In this document: positions 25,840 to 35,647 of the stretch, piece after piece
Layout of the letters: every line of letters starts with the position of its first letter
How positions within the stretch are numbered: the first letter of the stretch is position 1
From: a virus
IMG/VR virus record: IMGVR_UViG_3300029544_000195
Length of the DNA: 64,000 nt
Strand: one strand, 5' to 3'
Program-made: the position numbers and the translations under genes
Notes under the pieces: generated by a model
Told to the model about the DNA's origin: nothing
Seen by the model: the letters and a program-made list of their open reading frames with translations, nothing else
Databases searched by the model: none

Positions 25840-26817
25840 ATGAAAAGAATGATTATTGCAGTAGCAGCTACATTAAGTATTGTTGGTGGAATGTTTCATA
25901 ATGCATCAGCCGTAGAAAAGGACGTTAAAGAGGTCGAAATGAAGCGAGTCGTATATGTTTCTCCAGAGGTCACTTCAAAAGTAGAAGAACTTAAAGAGGG
26001 CATGAATCATCAGTCTAAAGTGATAAAAAAACTCAGAGAGAAAAAACGAGACATTGCATCTGAGACTAAATTGCAGAAATCTCAAAAATATGCAAATGTG
26101 CAAAATCAGCTAATGGAAGAGCGAAAATCACCATTTGTTGATAATTTGCAAGATGGACTATGGGAAACGCAGAATTTCGCATATCGAGAAATTGACACAA
26201 ATGCCGTCAAGAAAATCTTAAAAGAAAAGAAGATTAGTGAACGGATTAAAACATTAGAGGCTGAAAAGAAAAAATTAAGCCAGAATGTCGATATGGAAAA
26301 ACAGGTGCTTTCTCAGATGAAGATTGACTTGCGGGAATTAAATTCTCTTGATGGCGTTGTATTCAATCCGAATGATGTTACGGAAGTCAGCAATATTTCA
26401 GTCAAACAGATGCGGCAGATTTTGCAGGATACCGACTTACAGGAGTTTGCTCCGGTTTATGTGAGAATTGAAAAGGAATTCTATATTAACGCAATTGTCA
26501 TATGTGCACTTTCTGCATTAGAAAGTGGATGGGGAACTTCTAAACGCGCAAAAGAAGACCATAATTATACCGGCTTTGGTGTGTATTCCGACGAAGCGGA
26601 AGGAATTAATGCAAATAGCGGAGAAGAGAATCTTCGCATGACGGCGGCCCATTTGCAAAAGAATTATCTTACGGAAGGTGCCGTTTACAACAACGGAAAA
26701 AGCCTTGTCGATATCAATAAGAAATATTGCGTGGGAGATACCTGGGCATATAAAATAGCGGATATCGGTTATCGTTTAATGAGAAAGCTGCAAGAAAATA
26801 ATGTTTCTGTACAGTAA
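25840..26817 (+). CDS. secreted peptidoglycan hydrolase with C-terminal glucosaminidase (FlgJ/Mannosyl-glycoprotein endo-beta-N-acetylglucosaminidase-like) domain
   Basis: Signal peptide. Coiled-coil middle. C-terminal ICALSALESGWGTSKRAKEDHNYTGFGVY matches the glucosaminidase ESGWG core. Confidence 0.6.
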   Translation: MKRMIIAVAATLSIVGGMFHNASAVEKDVKEVEMKRVVYVSPEVTSKVEELKEGMNHQSKVIKKLREKKRDIASETKLQKSQKYANVQNQLMEERKSPFVDNLQDGLWETQNFAYREIDTNAVKKILKEKKISERIKTLEAEKKKLSQNVDMEKQVLSQMKIDLRELNSLDGVVFNPNDVTEVSNISVKQMRQILQDTDLQEFAPVYVRIEKEFYINAIVICALSALESGWGTSKRAKEDHNYTGFGVYSDEAEGINANSGEENLRMTAAHLQKNYLTEGAVYNNGKSLVDINKKYCVGDTWAYKIADIGYRLMRKLQENNVSVQ

Positions 26818-26821
26818 CGAA

Positions 26822-26852
26822 GAAAGCCTGACCAAACGGTTAGGCTTTTTTA
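26822..26852 (+). terminator. rho-independent terminator
   Basis: AAGCCTGACCaaacGGTTAGGCTTttttat. Confidence 0.5.
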
Positions 26853-26904
26853 TACCAAAATAAAATATTTTTTCTTATAATAACGATTCAGTTTTTGCGT
26901 AAAA

Positions 26905-26915
26905 CAGACATATTA
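26905..26915 (+). promoter_or_regulatory. phage promoter motif
   Basis: AAAACAGACATATTAAGAAT. Confidence 0.45.
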
Positions 26916-26952
26916 AGAATATAATATATAAACAATAAGGAGGAAAGTAAAA

Positions 26953-27342
26953 ATGGAGAGATTAACAAACAACAAAAAAGCATCTGATATGTCAATCTTG
27001 GAACAGTTGAAAGAACTGTGCGAACTTGATGCGTGTGACTTTGATAATTGTCCTGTTGAAGATATCCCATGCCGTGATTGCCCCCAAAGAAGAATGATAG
27101 AGCGAGCAATCGAAATAGTAAAAGAAAATGGAATGGAACAAGAGGACAAAAGAGCAGAAAAGGAGGCCAGATTAGTAAAACCTATATTTGAGCTTAATTT
27201 TGGCGATGAGGTAAGTAAATATCATTGTTCTTGCGGTAAAGTGATGTTAGTAAGTCATGACCCAGGGGTTCTTGATAACAACGATGCACCGAATTATTGC
27301 AGCAATTGCGGATGCAGGTTTGATTGGAGTGATGAAGAATGA
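26953..27342 (+). CDS. hypothetical Cys-rich (zinc-ribbon-like) protein
   Basis: AAGGAGGA RBS. CxxC...CSCGK...CSNCGC pairs. Confidence 0.45.
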   Translation: MERLTNNKKASDMSILEQLKELCELDACDFDNCPVEDIPCRDCPQRRMIERAIEIVKENGMEQEDKRAEKEARLVKPIFELNFGDEVSKYHCSCGKVMLVSHDPGVLDNNDAPNYCSNCGCRFDWSDEE

Positions 27343-27429
27343 GATTGATTGATGCAGATGAATTGTAAAGGGAAATTATCGAATAGAAGCATTGGAAAAG
27401 TTGAAACGGTTAAAGAAAGGTGAATCAGA

Positions 27430-27891
27430 ATGAAAAAAGCATTTAAGAAGATTTTGGAGCGATTGGAAAGAGAAATTGCAGGAAAACCTACTCCGGAGGA
27501 GTACAACAATGGAATCAATAGGGCATATTCAATCGTGCAGAAAGTAGCAGAAGAATACAACAACGGTTGGATTCCATGCAGTGAGAGGTTGCCAGATAAT
27601 GCGGAGCATAAAGGAAGTATCTGCCCTAGATATCATGTTATGACGATATACGGACAGACGGTCGGGTGGTTTAACCCGGATTACGATAGTTGGTTTGTTT
27701 TGGTATGGTATATGACTGCAAGATATCTGGAAAGCGAAATTGATATGGAAAGAGGAGATATTCCGAAAGTTATAAGAGTGCCACTGGAATATGGAATTGT
27801 AACGGCATGGCAGCCACTATCAGAACCATATCCTACGAAAGAATCACGCACAATATTACCGAAAAGGCAGCAAAATAGTCTACATAGTTGA
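27430..27891 (+). CDS. hypothetical protein (153 aa)
   Basis: AAAGGTGA RBS. Confidence 0.4.
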   Translation: MKKAFKKILERLEREIAGKPTPEEYNNGINRAYSIVQKVAEEYNNGWIPCSERLPDNAEHKGSICPRYHVMTIYGQTVGWFNPDYDSWFVLVWYMTARYLESEIDMERGDIPKVIRVPLEYGIVTAWQPLSEPYPTKESRTILPKRQQNSLHS

Positions 27892-27902
27892 GGAGGTATA
27901 AA

Positions 27903-28007
27903 GTGTTAGCATACATTGACAATAATATCTACGGATGGTATTATCAAAAAGAAGATAGTCTTATCGGCGATGGTACATTTTTGATGAGTATATTAAACCT
28001 AAGCTAA
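27903..28007 (+). CDS. hypothetical small protein (34 aa, GTG start)
   Basis: GAGGAGGT RBS 6 nt upstream. Hand-translated. Confidence 0.2.
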   Translation: MLAYIDNNIYGWYYQKEDSLIGDGTFLMSILNLS

Positions 28008-28041
28008 AAGAAATATTGCATAATAATAAGGAGTGATAACT

Positions 28042-28245
28042 ATGCACATACCAACAATTGAAGAAAATTATGAATACAGAATGAAAAATTTAATGAAAAA
28101 ATTTATAAAAGACAATGAGTTAGAACACATTCATGATTCCGAAAAATTACAAGACGAATTGTGGAATAACTACTCAAAGGAATTTGCTCATGCAGTATTA
28201 CAAGACATGAGCAATTTTTCGGGCAATGAATTATTTGAAATTTAA
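28042..28245 (+). CDS. hypothetical protein
   Basis: AAGGAG RBS 9 nt before ATG (track start 28033 is a GTG too close to the RBS). Confidence 0.4.
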   Translation: MHIPTIEENYEYRMKNLMKKFIKDNELEHIHDSEKLQDELWNNYSKEFAHAVLQDMSNFSGNELFEI

Positions 28246-28274
28246 GAATTTTGGATGGGAATTTTCGCAGGACA

Positions 28275-28310
28275 AAAAACAGTCTTATATACAAGGCTGT
28301 TTTTTTATTG
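28275..28310 (+). terminator. terminator-like hairpin + T-run
   Basis: AACAGTCTTatatacAAGGCTGTTtttttatt. Confidence 0.4.
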
Positions 28311-28320
28311 CTCATTATTA

Positions 28321-28331
28321 CAGACATATTA
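28321..28331 (+). promoter_or_regulatory. phage promoter motif
   Basis: TTACAGACATATTAATAAT. Confidence 0.45.
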
Positions 28332-28362
28332 ATAATATCAAAAATAATAAAAGGAGGATTTT

Positions 28363-28833
28363 ATGAAAAAAGAAATTTATGAAGAACTTACAAGGATAGG
28401 AGAACGGCGATTAGCAAAAATGGGTGCAAATTTTTCCGATTATTTGCAAGTGGAGCCGGGAGAAATTCTTTTGTCTAAAAAAAGAATTCTTCCCCCTCAA
28501 TGCATTAGAGGCGTTTCTGAACTCGGAATTGCGTATCATTTGTTCGAACTTCCAAACCGCAATAATATTGAGTGTCTAATAAAAAAAACAGAAGAAGCTT
28601 ATAACTGCCGTGTATATCACGTTGTTGTATCAAAGACAGCTTTTAGTACATTGGCAGATTTATTATTTGTGTCGGAAGAAGATTTACCGGAAAATGAGGC
28701 AACGCCTATGTATATAAACAATGATGTTTATTATGTTTTGTCTAATTGTTGTAATCTTACAACCGGAGAACAGGAAATCGGCGAAATTGGAGTAATAGTA
28801 GACACTTATGGCGGAATTGTTCGCTGTCAGTAA
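28363..28833 (+). CDS. hypothetical protein (156 aa)
   Basis: AAAGGAGGA RBS. Confidence 0.45.
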   Translation: MKKEIYEELTRIGERRLAKMGANFSDYLQVEPGEILLSKKRILPPQCIRGVSELGIAYHLFELPNRNNIECLIKKTEEAYNCRVYHVVVSKTAFSTLADLLFVSEEDLPENEATPMYINNDVYYVLSNCCNLTTGEQEIGEIGVIVDTYGGIVRCQ

Positions 28834-28864
28834 AAACTTATTTTAATCAAGGAGGCAATTCGTT

Positions 28865-29176
28865 ATGAAATTTTACAAAGACCGAAAAGAAGATATTGGT
28901 TCGTCAGATGTAGCCGCTTTGGCACTTATAGGACCAAAACCAAAAGAAGGACTTCGTGCACAGATTCTTAACTTTGGCGAAGATGGTTGTTACAGTGCGT
29001 ACATTGTAGACGACCCGGAAGTTGAGATTCCGAATCATTATAAGAAAATAACCGAATTTTGTAAATGGATGGAAGTTTATGATGATGATGGATTGTGTAA
29101 AAAATATTACGCAGAAAAAATTAACGTGTATCGAGCAGGCGAGTATGGATGTATTATCCAACTGCTGCCGGAATAG
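28865..29176 (+). CDS. hypothetical protein (103 aa)
   Basis: AAGGAGG RBS. Confidence 0.45.
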   Translation: MKFYKDRKEDIGSSDVAALALIGPKPKEGLRAQILNFGEDGCYSAYIVDDPEVEIPNHYKKITEFCKWMEVYDDDGLCKKYYAEKINVYRAGEYGCIIQLLPE

Positions 29177-29185
29177 GAGGTAATT

Positions 29186-29740
29186 ATGGCTAAGATTATG
29201 AATTTTCAGATGAAGAATATTAAAAGAATGACCGGAAGGGAAGGATATGGCTGCGCAGCCAGCCTTTATTTGGATGGAAAACGTATTGGTACTTATATAG
29301 ATTATGCAGATGGCAGTCCGGAAGATGTTGAATATGTCTCCAAAGAGGCAGAAGAAGCAATGATGAAAACCATTATTGCTTATGCAAAGAAAGTCCCGAA
29401 CGAATTTGTTATAAATTTGTATCAGGAACGTCCAGAGCAATACAAAAAAGAATGTGAGTGGTTTCGTAAAACCCATCCATACATTCCGGAAGAGGACATC
29501 ACCAAGGAAACTATGGCGTCCAATTCCATTGTATATATCGTCTCTGATTTTCTTAAATTGTTTGATGCAGAAAGGCAGTTCAAGAAATTTTCAAAAAAAG
29601 GATATATCGCAATCAGTGTAGAGGGAAATCAACTCTTTGCCTATCCGCCTAATTACTCAAAAGAGCAGGTTATGGCAGAGGCAGGCAATGGGAATGTGTA
29701 TTTCTCGCTCGATGATTTTAACATTATGCAGGAGGTATGA
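29186..29740 (+). CDS. hypothetical protein (184 aa)
   Basis: TAGGAGGT RBS. Confidence 0.45.
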   Translation: MAKIMNFQMKNIKRMTGREGYGCAASLYLDGKRIGTYIDYADGSPEDVEYVSKEAEEAMMKTIIAYAKKVPNEFVINLYQERPEQYKKECEWFRKTHPYIPEEDITKETMASNSIVYIVSDFLKLFDAERQFKKFSKKGYIAISVEGNQLFAYPPNYSKEQVMAEAGNGNVYFSLDDFNIMQEV

Positions 29741-29742
29741 AT

Positions 29743-29949
29743 ATGAAAGATGGATGGCATATACTAAAAGGCTATGAAGTATACGTAGAAAACAACATGG
29801 TAATGTATGGCATCAAAGAAGACCATAACGGAGAAAGCGTAACCGCTTACCCATATCGTTGTAACACAACATATGGAGGCTGTGACAATGTGAGCGGAGA
29901 AGTTAAAGCAGATACTTTTCGAAGGTCAGGCTTGTATAGCTTACAGTAA
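29743..29949 (+). CDS. hypothetical protein
   Basis: Second ATG chosen for RBS spacing (GCAGGAGGT). Confidence 0.4.
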   Translation: MKDGWHILKGYEVYVENNMVMYGIKEDHNGESVTAYPYRCNTTYGGCDNVSGEVKADTFRRSGLYSLQ

Positions 29950-30003
29950 AAACATCTCGCCCGTGGGTTATCTCATGGGCGAGTATAGAAAGGAAGAACA
30001 ATA

Positions 30004-30210
30004 ATGAAAGATGCAAAGAAAAAGTTTTACAACGCAGATGAAATATCTGATGCAATAGAATTTCTTAAAACAGAAAATAAAAGAGACAGAATGATATGTC
30101 GCCTGTCAACATGCGAAAAAAATGTCAAGGCTGCTAAAATAAAGAAACTGAAATATAGAGCAATAGCTATATACGCACTTAAAAAATTAAAATTAGGAGA
30201 TGAAGAATGA
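30004..30210 (+). CDS. hypothetical basic protein (68 aa)
   Basis: ORF with weak RBS. Confidence 0.35.
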   Translation: MKDAKKKFYNADEISDAIEFLKTENKRDRMICRLSTCEKNVKAAKIKKLKYRAIAIYALKKLKLGDEE

Positions 30211-30527
30211 GTAGATTTATTATTTTTCAAACAAACGCGGAATATTATTCCGCCCCATGGGAGATAGCAAAAAACAATTACTCATTAGATGATTACCGGG
30301 CGGTGTACTGCGAAGTAATCATTGATGAAATTCAATATCGTAAAGAAATAACATTAACAAATCAGGATGATTTAGCGATATTAGAAGATGTAGCTGCCCG
30401 ATTTAGTAAACCACAAAATCGAAGCGGACATACATTATCTGTCAGTGATGTTGTTGCTATTGAACGAAAAATTGGCACTCGATTTTACTATCGAGATATA
30501 TCCGGTTGGAAAGAGATTAAAAAATAG
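30207..30527 (+). CDS. hypothetical protein (106 aa)
   Basis: ATGA overlap with upstream gene. GGAGATGA RBS. Confidence 0.4.
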   Translation: MSRFIIFQTNAEYYSAPWEIAKNNYSLDDYRAVYCEVIIDEIQYRKEITLTNQDDLAILEDVAARFSKPQNRSGHTLSVSDVVAIERKIGTRFYYRDISGWKEIKK

Positions 30528-30538
30528 GAGGAATAAAT

Positions 30539-31063
30539 ATGAGATTAAAAAGACTAAGAAAGGCCACAGAAATAAGAATCAAAAACGAAGGAGAGTATTT
30601 GCTTCTGATGGAATTAGCCGAAAAGGCCGGTTATATATGGGGCGGGACCCTCGATAAGCCGACTCGGTTTAATGATGTGGAAGAATTTTATTGTCGGACA
30701 AAAGCAATTGAACTATTACCCGCTGTTGGGACAATGACGAGGACACCAATGTGTTCAATAAGCCCAGAAGAGACAATCCCACTCAAAAAAGTAATAAAAT
30801 TTGAAGTCGGTGACAAAGTACGACTTCGAGAAGGAATAATTAAGAAACTCAGAAAGAAAAAATCACTTCCAGCAGAAATGTTGATTTCAGAGATGAAAAA
30901 ACAGGTAAATAAAGAAGACGTTATAGAAGACAGTTTTTCCCTTAATTCTAAAAGATATTATTATCTTGAAGGATGTAAGGATATTTTTTATCCTAAAAAA
31001 TGGCTTGACCCAATACTTCCTTCTTTTCCGAAAGAAAAAACTGCTGCCGGAAAGGAGGAATGA
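30539..31063 (+). CDS. hypothetical protein (174 aa)
   Basis: TAGGAGGA RBS. Confidence 0.45.
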   Translation: MRLKRLRKATEIRIKNEGEYLLLMELAEKAGYIWGGTLDKPTRFNDVEEFYCRTKAIELLPAVGTMTRTPMCSISPEETIPLKKVIKFEVGDKVRLREGIIKKLRKKKSLPAEMLISEMKKQVNKEDVIEDSFSLNSKRYYYLEGCKDIFYPKKWLDPILPSFPKEKTAAGKEE

Positions 31064-31065
31064 AC

Positions 31066-31542
31066 ATGAAAATTATTTCGTATAACCTAGAATTGGATGA
31101 AGAGAGAAAACCAATGCTTGTAAAGGATTTCATGTGTGATTATAATGTAATGCATCCGGACCCAGAGAGCATCTATAAAATGATGAGCGAAGTTTTTCAT
31201 GCGGACCGGCTCGCGGAAGAACGAGCATGGCTTATCTCCATGAACACTAAATTAGAACCAAAGGGGATATTTGAAGTAAGCCATGGAAAAATAAACCAAT
31301 CTTTAATCGGAATACAGGAAATTTTTACCAGATTATTACTATCCGGAGGAAATCATTTTGTAATCGTACATAATCATCCAAGCGGTAATCCAATTCCGTC
31401 CAATGCTGATTATGAAATAACCAATCGACTTATTGAAGCCGGGAAAGTTATGGACATTAAGTTAGAAGACCATATCGTGATTGGAGATAATTTACATCCA
31501 TATTTTTCGATGAGAGAACACGAACCAAGTATTTTTTCATAA
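31066..31542 (+). CDS. radC: RadC-like JAB/MPN domain protein
   Basis: HNHPSGNPIPSNADYEITNRL matches the RadC JAB metalloprotease motif (HxHPSGxxxPSxxD). Confidence 0.7.
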   Translation: MKIISYNLELDEERKPMLVKDFMCDYNVMHPDPESIYKMMSEVFHADRLAEERAWLISMNTKLEPKGIFEVSHGKINQSLIGIQEIFTRLLLSGGNHFVIVHNHPSGNPIPSNADYEITNRLIEAGKVMDIKLEDHIVIGDNLHPYFSMREHEPSIFS

Positions 31543-31569
31543 TAAAAAAAGAGGCCGATAGGATAATTC

Positions 31570-31758
31570 CTACGGTCTTTTTTCTTGAAAAGATTTATGA
31601 AATTCTTCTTCTGTCAGAAAAAGCATAATATTCTTTCGTGATACTATAAAATAAGAATTTTTTCTTGTTAATTCCCATTTTTGGCTCGGATGCAGACTTA
31701 TAACAACTTTTGAATCGTCCGATGTAATCAACTCAATTTTTATCGGTTTTACAAACAT
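31570..31758 (-). CDS. hypothetical small protein (62 aa), lone minus-strand gene
   Basis: ORF with AAAGAAAGGGA RBS. Orientation opposite to neighbours. Confidence 0.3.
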   Translation of the reverse strand: MFVKPIKIELITSDDSKVVISLHPSQKWELTRKNSYFIVSRKNIMLFLTEEEFHKSFQEKRP

Positions 31759-31848
31759 AATATTCCCTTTCTTTTACTAATTGTTATCGTATACCGGCAT
31801 CTTAACATACTTCATCAAACATTTCAAGAAAGCTTATTTCAAAAAAAC

Positions 31849-31891
31849 GCTCATAATATGATTTTCGTTTTAATTCAAAACAGACATATTA
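31849..31891 (+). promoter_or_regulatory. bipartite phage promoter (GCTCATAATATGATTTTCG ... AAAACAGACATATTAGAT)
   Basis: Bipartite consensus. Confidence 0.5.
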
Positions 31892-31956
31892 GATATATAA
31901 GGAGAACACAATAACGGAGAGCACATTGCTAAAAAAGAGAAAGGAAGGATATTATT

Positions 31957-32280
31957 ATGTTAAAAAAAGTAAAGAAGGTAATTTTATTTAGCGTCACCGC
32001 TATTTGCCTTATGATGTGTGGTGCTTCTATGGTATCTGCAAAAGAATGTACCTGTGAACAATGTCAAAATCAAAGCGCTTTAATCACCACCGGCCCAACG
32101 GCAACGCCGGATATTCTTAAAGAAGCGGAAGAAAGAGCATATAAGCGCTTTAAGAAAGAACAGAAGAAAGAAAATAAGAAAAAGCAAAAAAAAATCGATT
32201 GGAGAACATTTGACACATGCCTCGCAGTGTTTATTGGATTCCTTTTTCTTATGATTGTTATGGCTTGTATTTTAATATAA
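31957..32280 (+). CDS. secreted protein with C-terminal membrane anchor
   Basis: Signal peptide. CTCEQCQ. Lys-rich. C-terminal TM helix. Confidence 0.45.
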   Translation: MLKKVKKVILFSVTAICLMMCGASMVSAKECTCEQCQNQSALITTGPTATPDILKEAEERAYKRFKKEQKKENKKKQKKIDWRTFDTCLAVFIGFLFLMIVMACILI

Positions 32281-32299
32281 TAAATAAGGAGGAATTGAT

Positions 32300-32935
32300 A
32301 TGTTTCCAGTAGAAAAATTAACTAATATTGTGAACCAGTTGCAGCATAAAAGTGTGACAACGGATTATTTTACTTGTTTGTCGCTAATCCTGCAATTGAT
32401 TGGATTGGTTATTGGACCGGTACTTATTGTTATCGGATTTTATGTCGGTCTATATTTAATCAAAAAGAAGCTTATCAGCACTTTAGATAAAGATGCTCTG
32501 ATAAATGTGGAATTCAAATATTCATCATGCAAAAAGAGTCCAGAAAAATGGTATATTGATGGCGCTACTTGTTTAGGGCATCCAAAACAAAAAATGCTTA
32601 ATGCCGTTACATACATATATTGGGGACTTGTTATTGCTTCTGTATTATTGCTGATTTCCCCATTTCTCTTTATGAGTCCTTTTGTATGCTTTATTGTTGG
32701 CATACTTTCAATCATTATATTAATTTATTTTGTGTCTTGTCTTTCGGCTCATAAGCTTTACGGCGAACCATTATTTACGAATACTCGCGCTCAAAGATAT
32801 AAAGACACAATTAATTGTATGAGTAATGTATACATTAATAACCACCTATCACTAAAAAGACGAATGATTTCGAAAGAAGATATGCCGACTCTTAAAAAAG
32901 AAATAGAAGAATGGATTGGGAAAGTTCGATACTAG
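32300..32935 (+). CDS. polytopic membrane protein (211 aa)
   Basis: AAGGAGGA RBS. ~4 TM helices. Confidence 0.45.
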   Translation: MFPVEKLTNIVNQLQHKSVTTDYFTCLSLILQLIGLVIGPVLIVIGFYVGLYLIKKKLISTLDKDALINVEFKYSSCKKSPEKWYIDGATCLGHPKQKMLNAVTYIYWGLVIASVLLLISPFLFMSPFVCFIVGILSIIILIYFVSCLSAHKLYGEPLFTNTRAQRYKDTINCMSNVYINNHLSLKRRMISKEDMPTLKKEIEEWIGKVRY

Positions 32936-32947
32936 GAGGACTTAAAT

Positions 32948-33394
32948 ATGAAAAAGACATTATTTTTAGCATTGCTTTTATGTACTGTATTAGGTGCAAC
33001 TATTCCAATGTCAGCAAAAGCATGTTGCTGTTGCAATGATAATCACCAAAATTATGATACCTCTTATCCATCTGCAACAGCAAACCCTGTTCAGCAGGCA
33101 GAAGAACAGGGGTATCAAAAAGCACAAGAAGATTACCACAAGGAAGCAGGGTTTCAGGAATGGAGAGCTGAAAAGGCGCACCATAATTCACACAAATTAA
33201 ATGCACCTACATGGAATTTGCCGGGAATTATATATGCAATTGTTGGAATTATTTGCATTTTTATAGGGGTTAAGATTCTTTATTGGTTTTTTGAGGCGGA
33301 AAGTTTAAAAAAGCCAATGATTGGCTGGGGCCTTTGCATAGTTGGTACGCTTTGTGTTTTTCATGCGTTAATTGAATTGCAAATATTATTGTAG
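32948..33394 (+). CDS. secreted protein with C-terminal TM helices
   Basis: TAGGAGGA RBS. Signal peptide. CCCCNDNH. Confidence 0.45.
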   Translation: MKKTLFLALLLCTVLGATIPMSAKACCCCNDNHQNYDTSYPSATANPVQQAEEQGYQKAQEDYHKEAGFQEWRAEKAHHNSHKLNAPTWNLPGIIYAIVGIICIFIGVKILYWFFEAESLKKPMIGWGLCIVGTLCVFHALIELQILL

Positions 33395-33742
33395 AGAATA
33401 GAAGATTTGTTAAGGAGTTGAATATAGTAATTTGGCGGAGTCAAGGCAAGTAGGTGTCTTTTACAATAAGTGTGGTTCGACTCCACCACTTCGCATTAAG
33501 CCTAAGCGCTAGGATGACAAACTAGTTTTCAAGAAAGCACTGCACACGTGTGGAATAAAAGCACAGGCGAAGTTAAGGTAACAGATATAGAAAGTCAGTA
33601 TAAGTCCAAAGATATGTCTATGATATATTTGCATCTGGTGAGTATGTTGGAAAGCCGACCTTAATTAAAGACTTAGGCTAAAGTTGAGGTTGAAAACGAA
33701 ACTATGGTTGCATATTGGAAAATGAGCTAGGAGGACTTAGAT

Positions 33743-33907
33743 ATGGATTTAGGAATGATATTTTTTATAATTGGAATTATTTTAGTAATAGCTGGAATTA
33801 TAGCTCTTTGTATCGGTGCAGATGTGGAGGAATTTACGTTTTTGAGCCTTGTCTTTATTGGACCAGCTGTATTTTATATTATTCTTTATGCGTTAATTAA
33901 TTTGTAA
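33743..33907 (+). CDS. small membrane protein (54 aa), paralog of the N-terminus of 52074..52538
   Basis: TAGGAGGA RBS. Begins ATGGATTTAGGAA as 52074 does. Two TM helices. Replaces the out-of-frame track ORF 33715-33900. Confidence 0.4.
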   Translation: MDLGMIFFIIGIILVIAGIIALCIGADVEEFTFLSLVFIGPAVFYIILYALINL

Positions 33908-33932
33908 ATAATAACTTAAAAGTAAATTACAA

Positions 33933-33960
33933 AGGCTGCCGTAATTACGCGGCAGTTTCT
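33933..33960 (+). terminator. rho-independent terminator
   Basis: GCTGCCGtaattacGCGGCAGtttcttc. Confidence 0.5.
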
Positions 33961-33989
33961 TCTGTTTATTAATTAAGAAGTTTGGTTAA

Positions 33990-34000
33990 CAGACATATTA
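33990..34000 (+). promoter_or_regulatory. phage promoter motif
   Basis: TTAACAGACATATTAAATG. Confidence 0.45.
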
Positions 34001-34103
34001 AATGTATCTAAAACCAATAAATGGAGTATGCAATTGAAAAGGAGGAAATCAATAACCGTTATAAATTAAACAAATATGAAAAAATGTTAAAAGGAGGTTT
34101 TTT

Positions 34104-34460
34104 ATGCATTTAGTAAAAAAAATTAATTTGTCAAAACTCTATCCGGATTGTCCAGTTAAGGAAGTGTATATGTATGGAGAAGCTTCTGCCGAAGCAAATC
34201 TTGCTATGCAGGAACCGTTAAAGAAACTGTATGAGTATGAAAATCAAAAAAATACTCAATGGATTTCAGTAAAGGACCGACTGCCTGATAAAGCAGGAAC
34301 GTATCTTGTATTGGGCGAAAGTGGTGGAGCAACAGTTGCGCCATGGTATGAACCAAATGAGTACCGGGAAAAAGGTCACTTTGGTGGAAAGAAAAAAGGA
34401 AGTTATGTTAAATATTGGATGCCGAGACCGGCAACCCCAAATGAAAAAGGAGAGAAATAA
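34104..34460 (+). CDS. hypothetical protein (118 aa)
   Basis: AAAGGAGGT RBS. Confidence 0.45.
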   Translation: MHLVKKINLSKLYPDCPVKEVYMYGEASAEANLAMQEPLKKLYEYENQKNTQWISVKDRLPDKAGTYLVLGESGGATVAPWYEPNEYREKGHFGGKKKGSYVKYWMPRPATPNEKGEK

Positions 34461-34461
34461 T

Positions 34462-35007
34462 ATGGAAATGGAAATTGAATTTACAAAAAGTGAAGTAATG
34501 GATATTATCACGCATCTTGTTATGACAGGAGAAGGAGAAGAGGGAAGAGGTTTAAACGCTCATTGCCCGCATCCGGTCGCCCAATCGGAAATTAATTTTA
34601 GGGGGAAAAGAGTAATTTTTTCATTTAACCCGGAACAGGGAGATTCGGTAGAGATGGATGACATTTCAATTCCAGTATCCGGAACTGAAGATATTTGGAA
34701 GACAATTCAGAATAATATAATGTTTTCCGAATGGATTATCGGAATTTGTAACTCTGAAGCCGATGGCGGTGCAAAGTTTTATCGTTTTAAGGGAACAAAA
34801 GAAGAAGCAAAAAGAGAACTGTTTCGCTTGATTTTAGAGGATGTACAAACGGCATCCCGTGACGAAGAAACTCGTTGCTGCGGAACGGAATCATTTAGAG
34901 AAATCAGTGAAAATAATGAAACTGGAGAACTTTATGGCTATAGTATTTTTCAAAATTATTGTATTGATTATACAGCCAAAAAGTTTTCCTGTATTAAGGA
35001 AATTTAA
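34462..35007 (+). CDS. hypothetical protein (181 aa)
   Basis: AAAGGAGAGA RBS. Track ORF 34306 trimmed to the RBS-supported ATG. Confidence 0.45.
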   Translation: MEMEIEFTKSEVMDIITHLVMTGEGEEGRGLNAHCPHPVAQSEINFRGKRVIFSFNPEQGDSVEMDDISIPVSGTEDIWKTIQNNIMFSEWIIGICNSEADGGAKFYRFKGTKEEAKRELFRLILEDVQTASRDEETRCCGTESFREISENNETGELYGYSIFQNYCIDYTAKKFSCIKEI

Positions 35008-35027
35008 AATTGAACAGGGGGAAAATT
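34960..35027 (+). repeat. direct repeat copy 1 (~66 bp; 3' end of gene 34462..35007 + intergenic)
   Basis: TGTATTGATTATACAGCCAAAAAGTTTTCCTGTATTAAGGAAATTTAAAATTGAACAGGGGGAAAATT is ~85% identical to 35648-35713. Confidence 0.6.
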
Positions 35028-35084
35028 TAATTAAAGATTATTAAGTAATATAATATGGAATTATAGAAGAAAGAGGTCGAGATA

Positions 35085-35570
35085 ATGAGTTATAAGGTTT
35101 TAGATGTTTGTCGTTTTGTTATTAATTATAGTAACGAGCGCGATTATGGAATTTCTAATTTGAAACTTCAAAAAGTGCTTTATTTTATTCAGGCATATTT
35201 TTTGATAAAAAAGAAAGACCATTCTACTTGTTTTGATGAGAAGATTGAAGCATGGGATTTTGGACCCGTTGTTCCAGAAGCGTATTATGAATATAAGCAA
35301 TATGGAAGTGGAGACATACCTACAATCAAGTCATATATCATGTTCAATGAAAAGGATATATGGAATGCTAAAAGAATCGAGTTTGAGGATACTATTATTG
35401 CAGATGAGGACAAAAGCCTTATAGAAAGAGTTGTAGATAAATTTGTAGATTATTCGGCAACAAATCTTGTGTCATTAACTTATAGACAGTCACCATGGAT
35501 TGATGCTTATGTTCCATATCAGAATAACGAGATTACAATTAAAGCGATAAGGGAGTACTTTAATGGTTGA
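35085..35570 (+). CDS. Panacea-domain (DUF4065; SocA/GepA-like antitoxin-type) protein
   Basis: N-terminal ISNLKLQKVLYFIQAYFL ... EAWDFGPVVPEAYYEY fits the DUF4065/Panacea pattern (KLQKLLYFAQ...W..GPV). Confidence 0.5.
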   Translation: MSYKVLDVCRFVINYSNERDYGISNLKLQKVLYFIQAYFLIKKKDHSTCFDEKIEAWDFGPVVPEAYYEYKQYGSGDIPTIKSYIMFNEKDIWNAKRIEFEDTIIADEDKSLIERVVDKFVDYSATNLVSLTYRQSPWIDAYVPYQNNEITIKAIREYFNG

Positions 35571-35647
35571 TGATAAGTTAGATATATTGCTCCGGACGAC
35601 ATACAAAAATGAAATTAGAGCAATCAAAAAAATTCAATAATACCAAA

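Noticed and set aside
29950-29990. Hairpin CTCGCCCgtgggttatctcATGGGCGAG after gene 29743..29949
   Set aside because: Good stem but no downstream T-run. Could be a processing site or weak terminator, so it is not listed as a terminator.
33437-33497. tRNA-like fragment with GGTTCGACTCC T-arm and GCGGAGT/ACTTCGC acceptor
   Set aside because: Only ~61 nt. No room for both D and anticodon arms. Probably a decayed tRNA remnant, not a gene.
33715-33900. Track ORF 33715..33900 (61 aa)
   Set aside because: The frame begins inside the RBS. The ATG at 33743 with proper AGGAGGA spacing gives a membrane protein paralogous to 52074. The 61-aa frame is an out-of-frame artefact, as is its twin 52004..52189.
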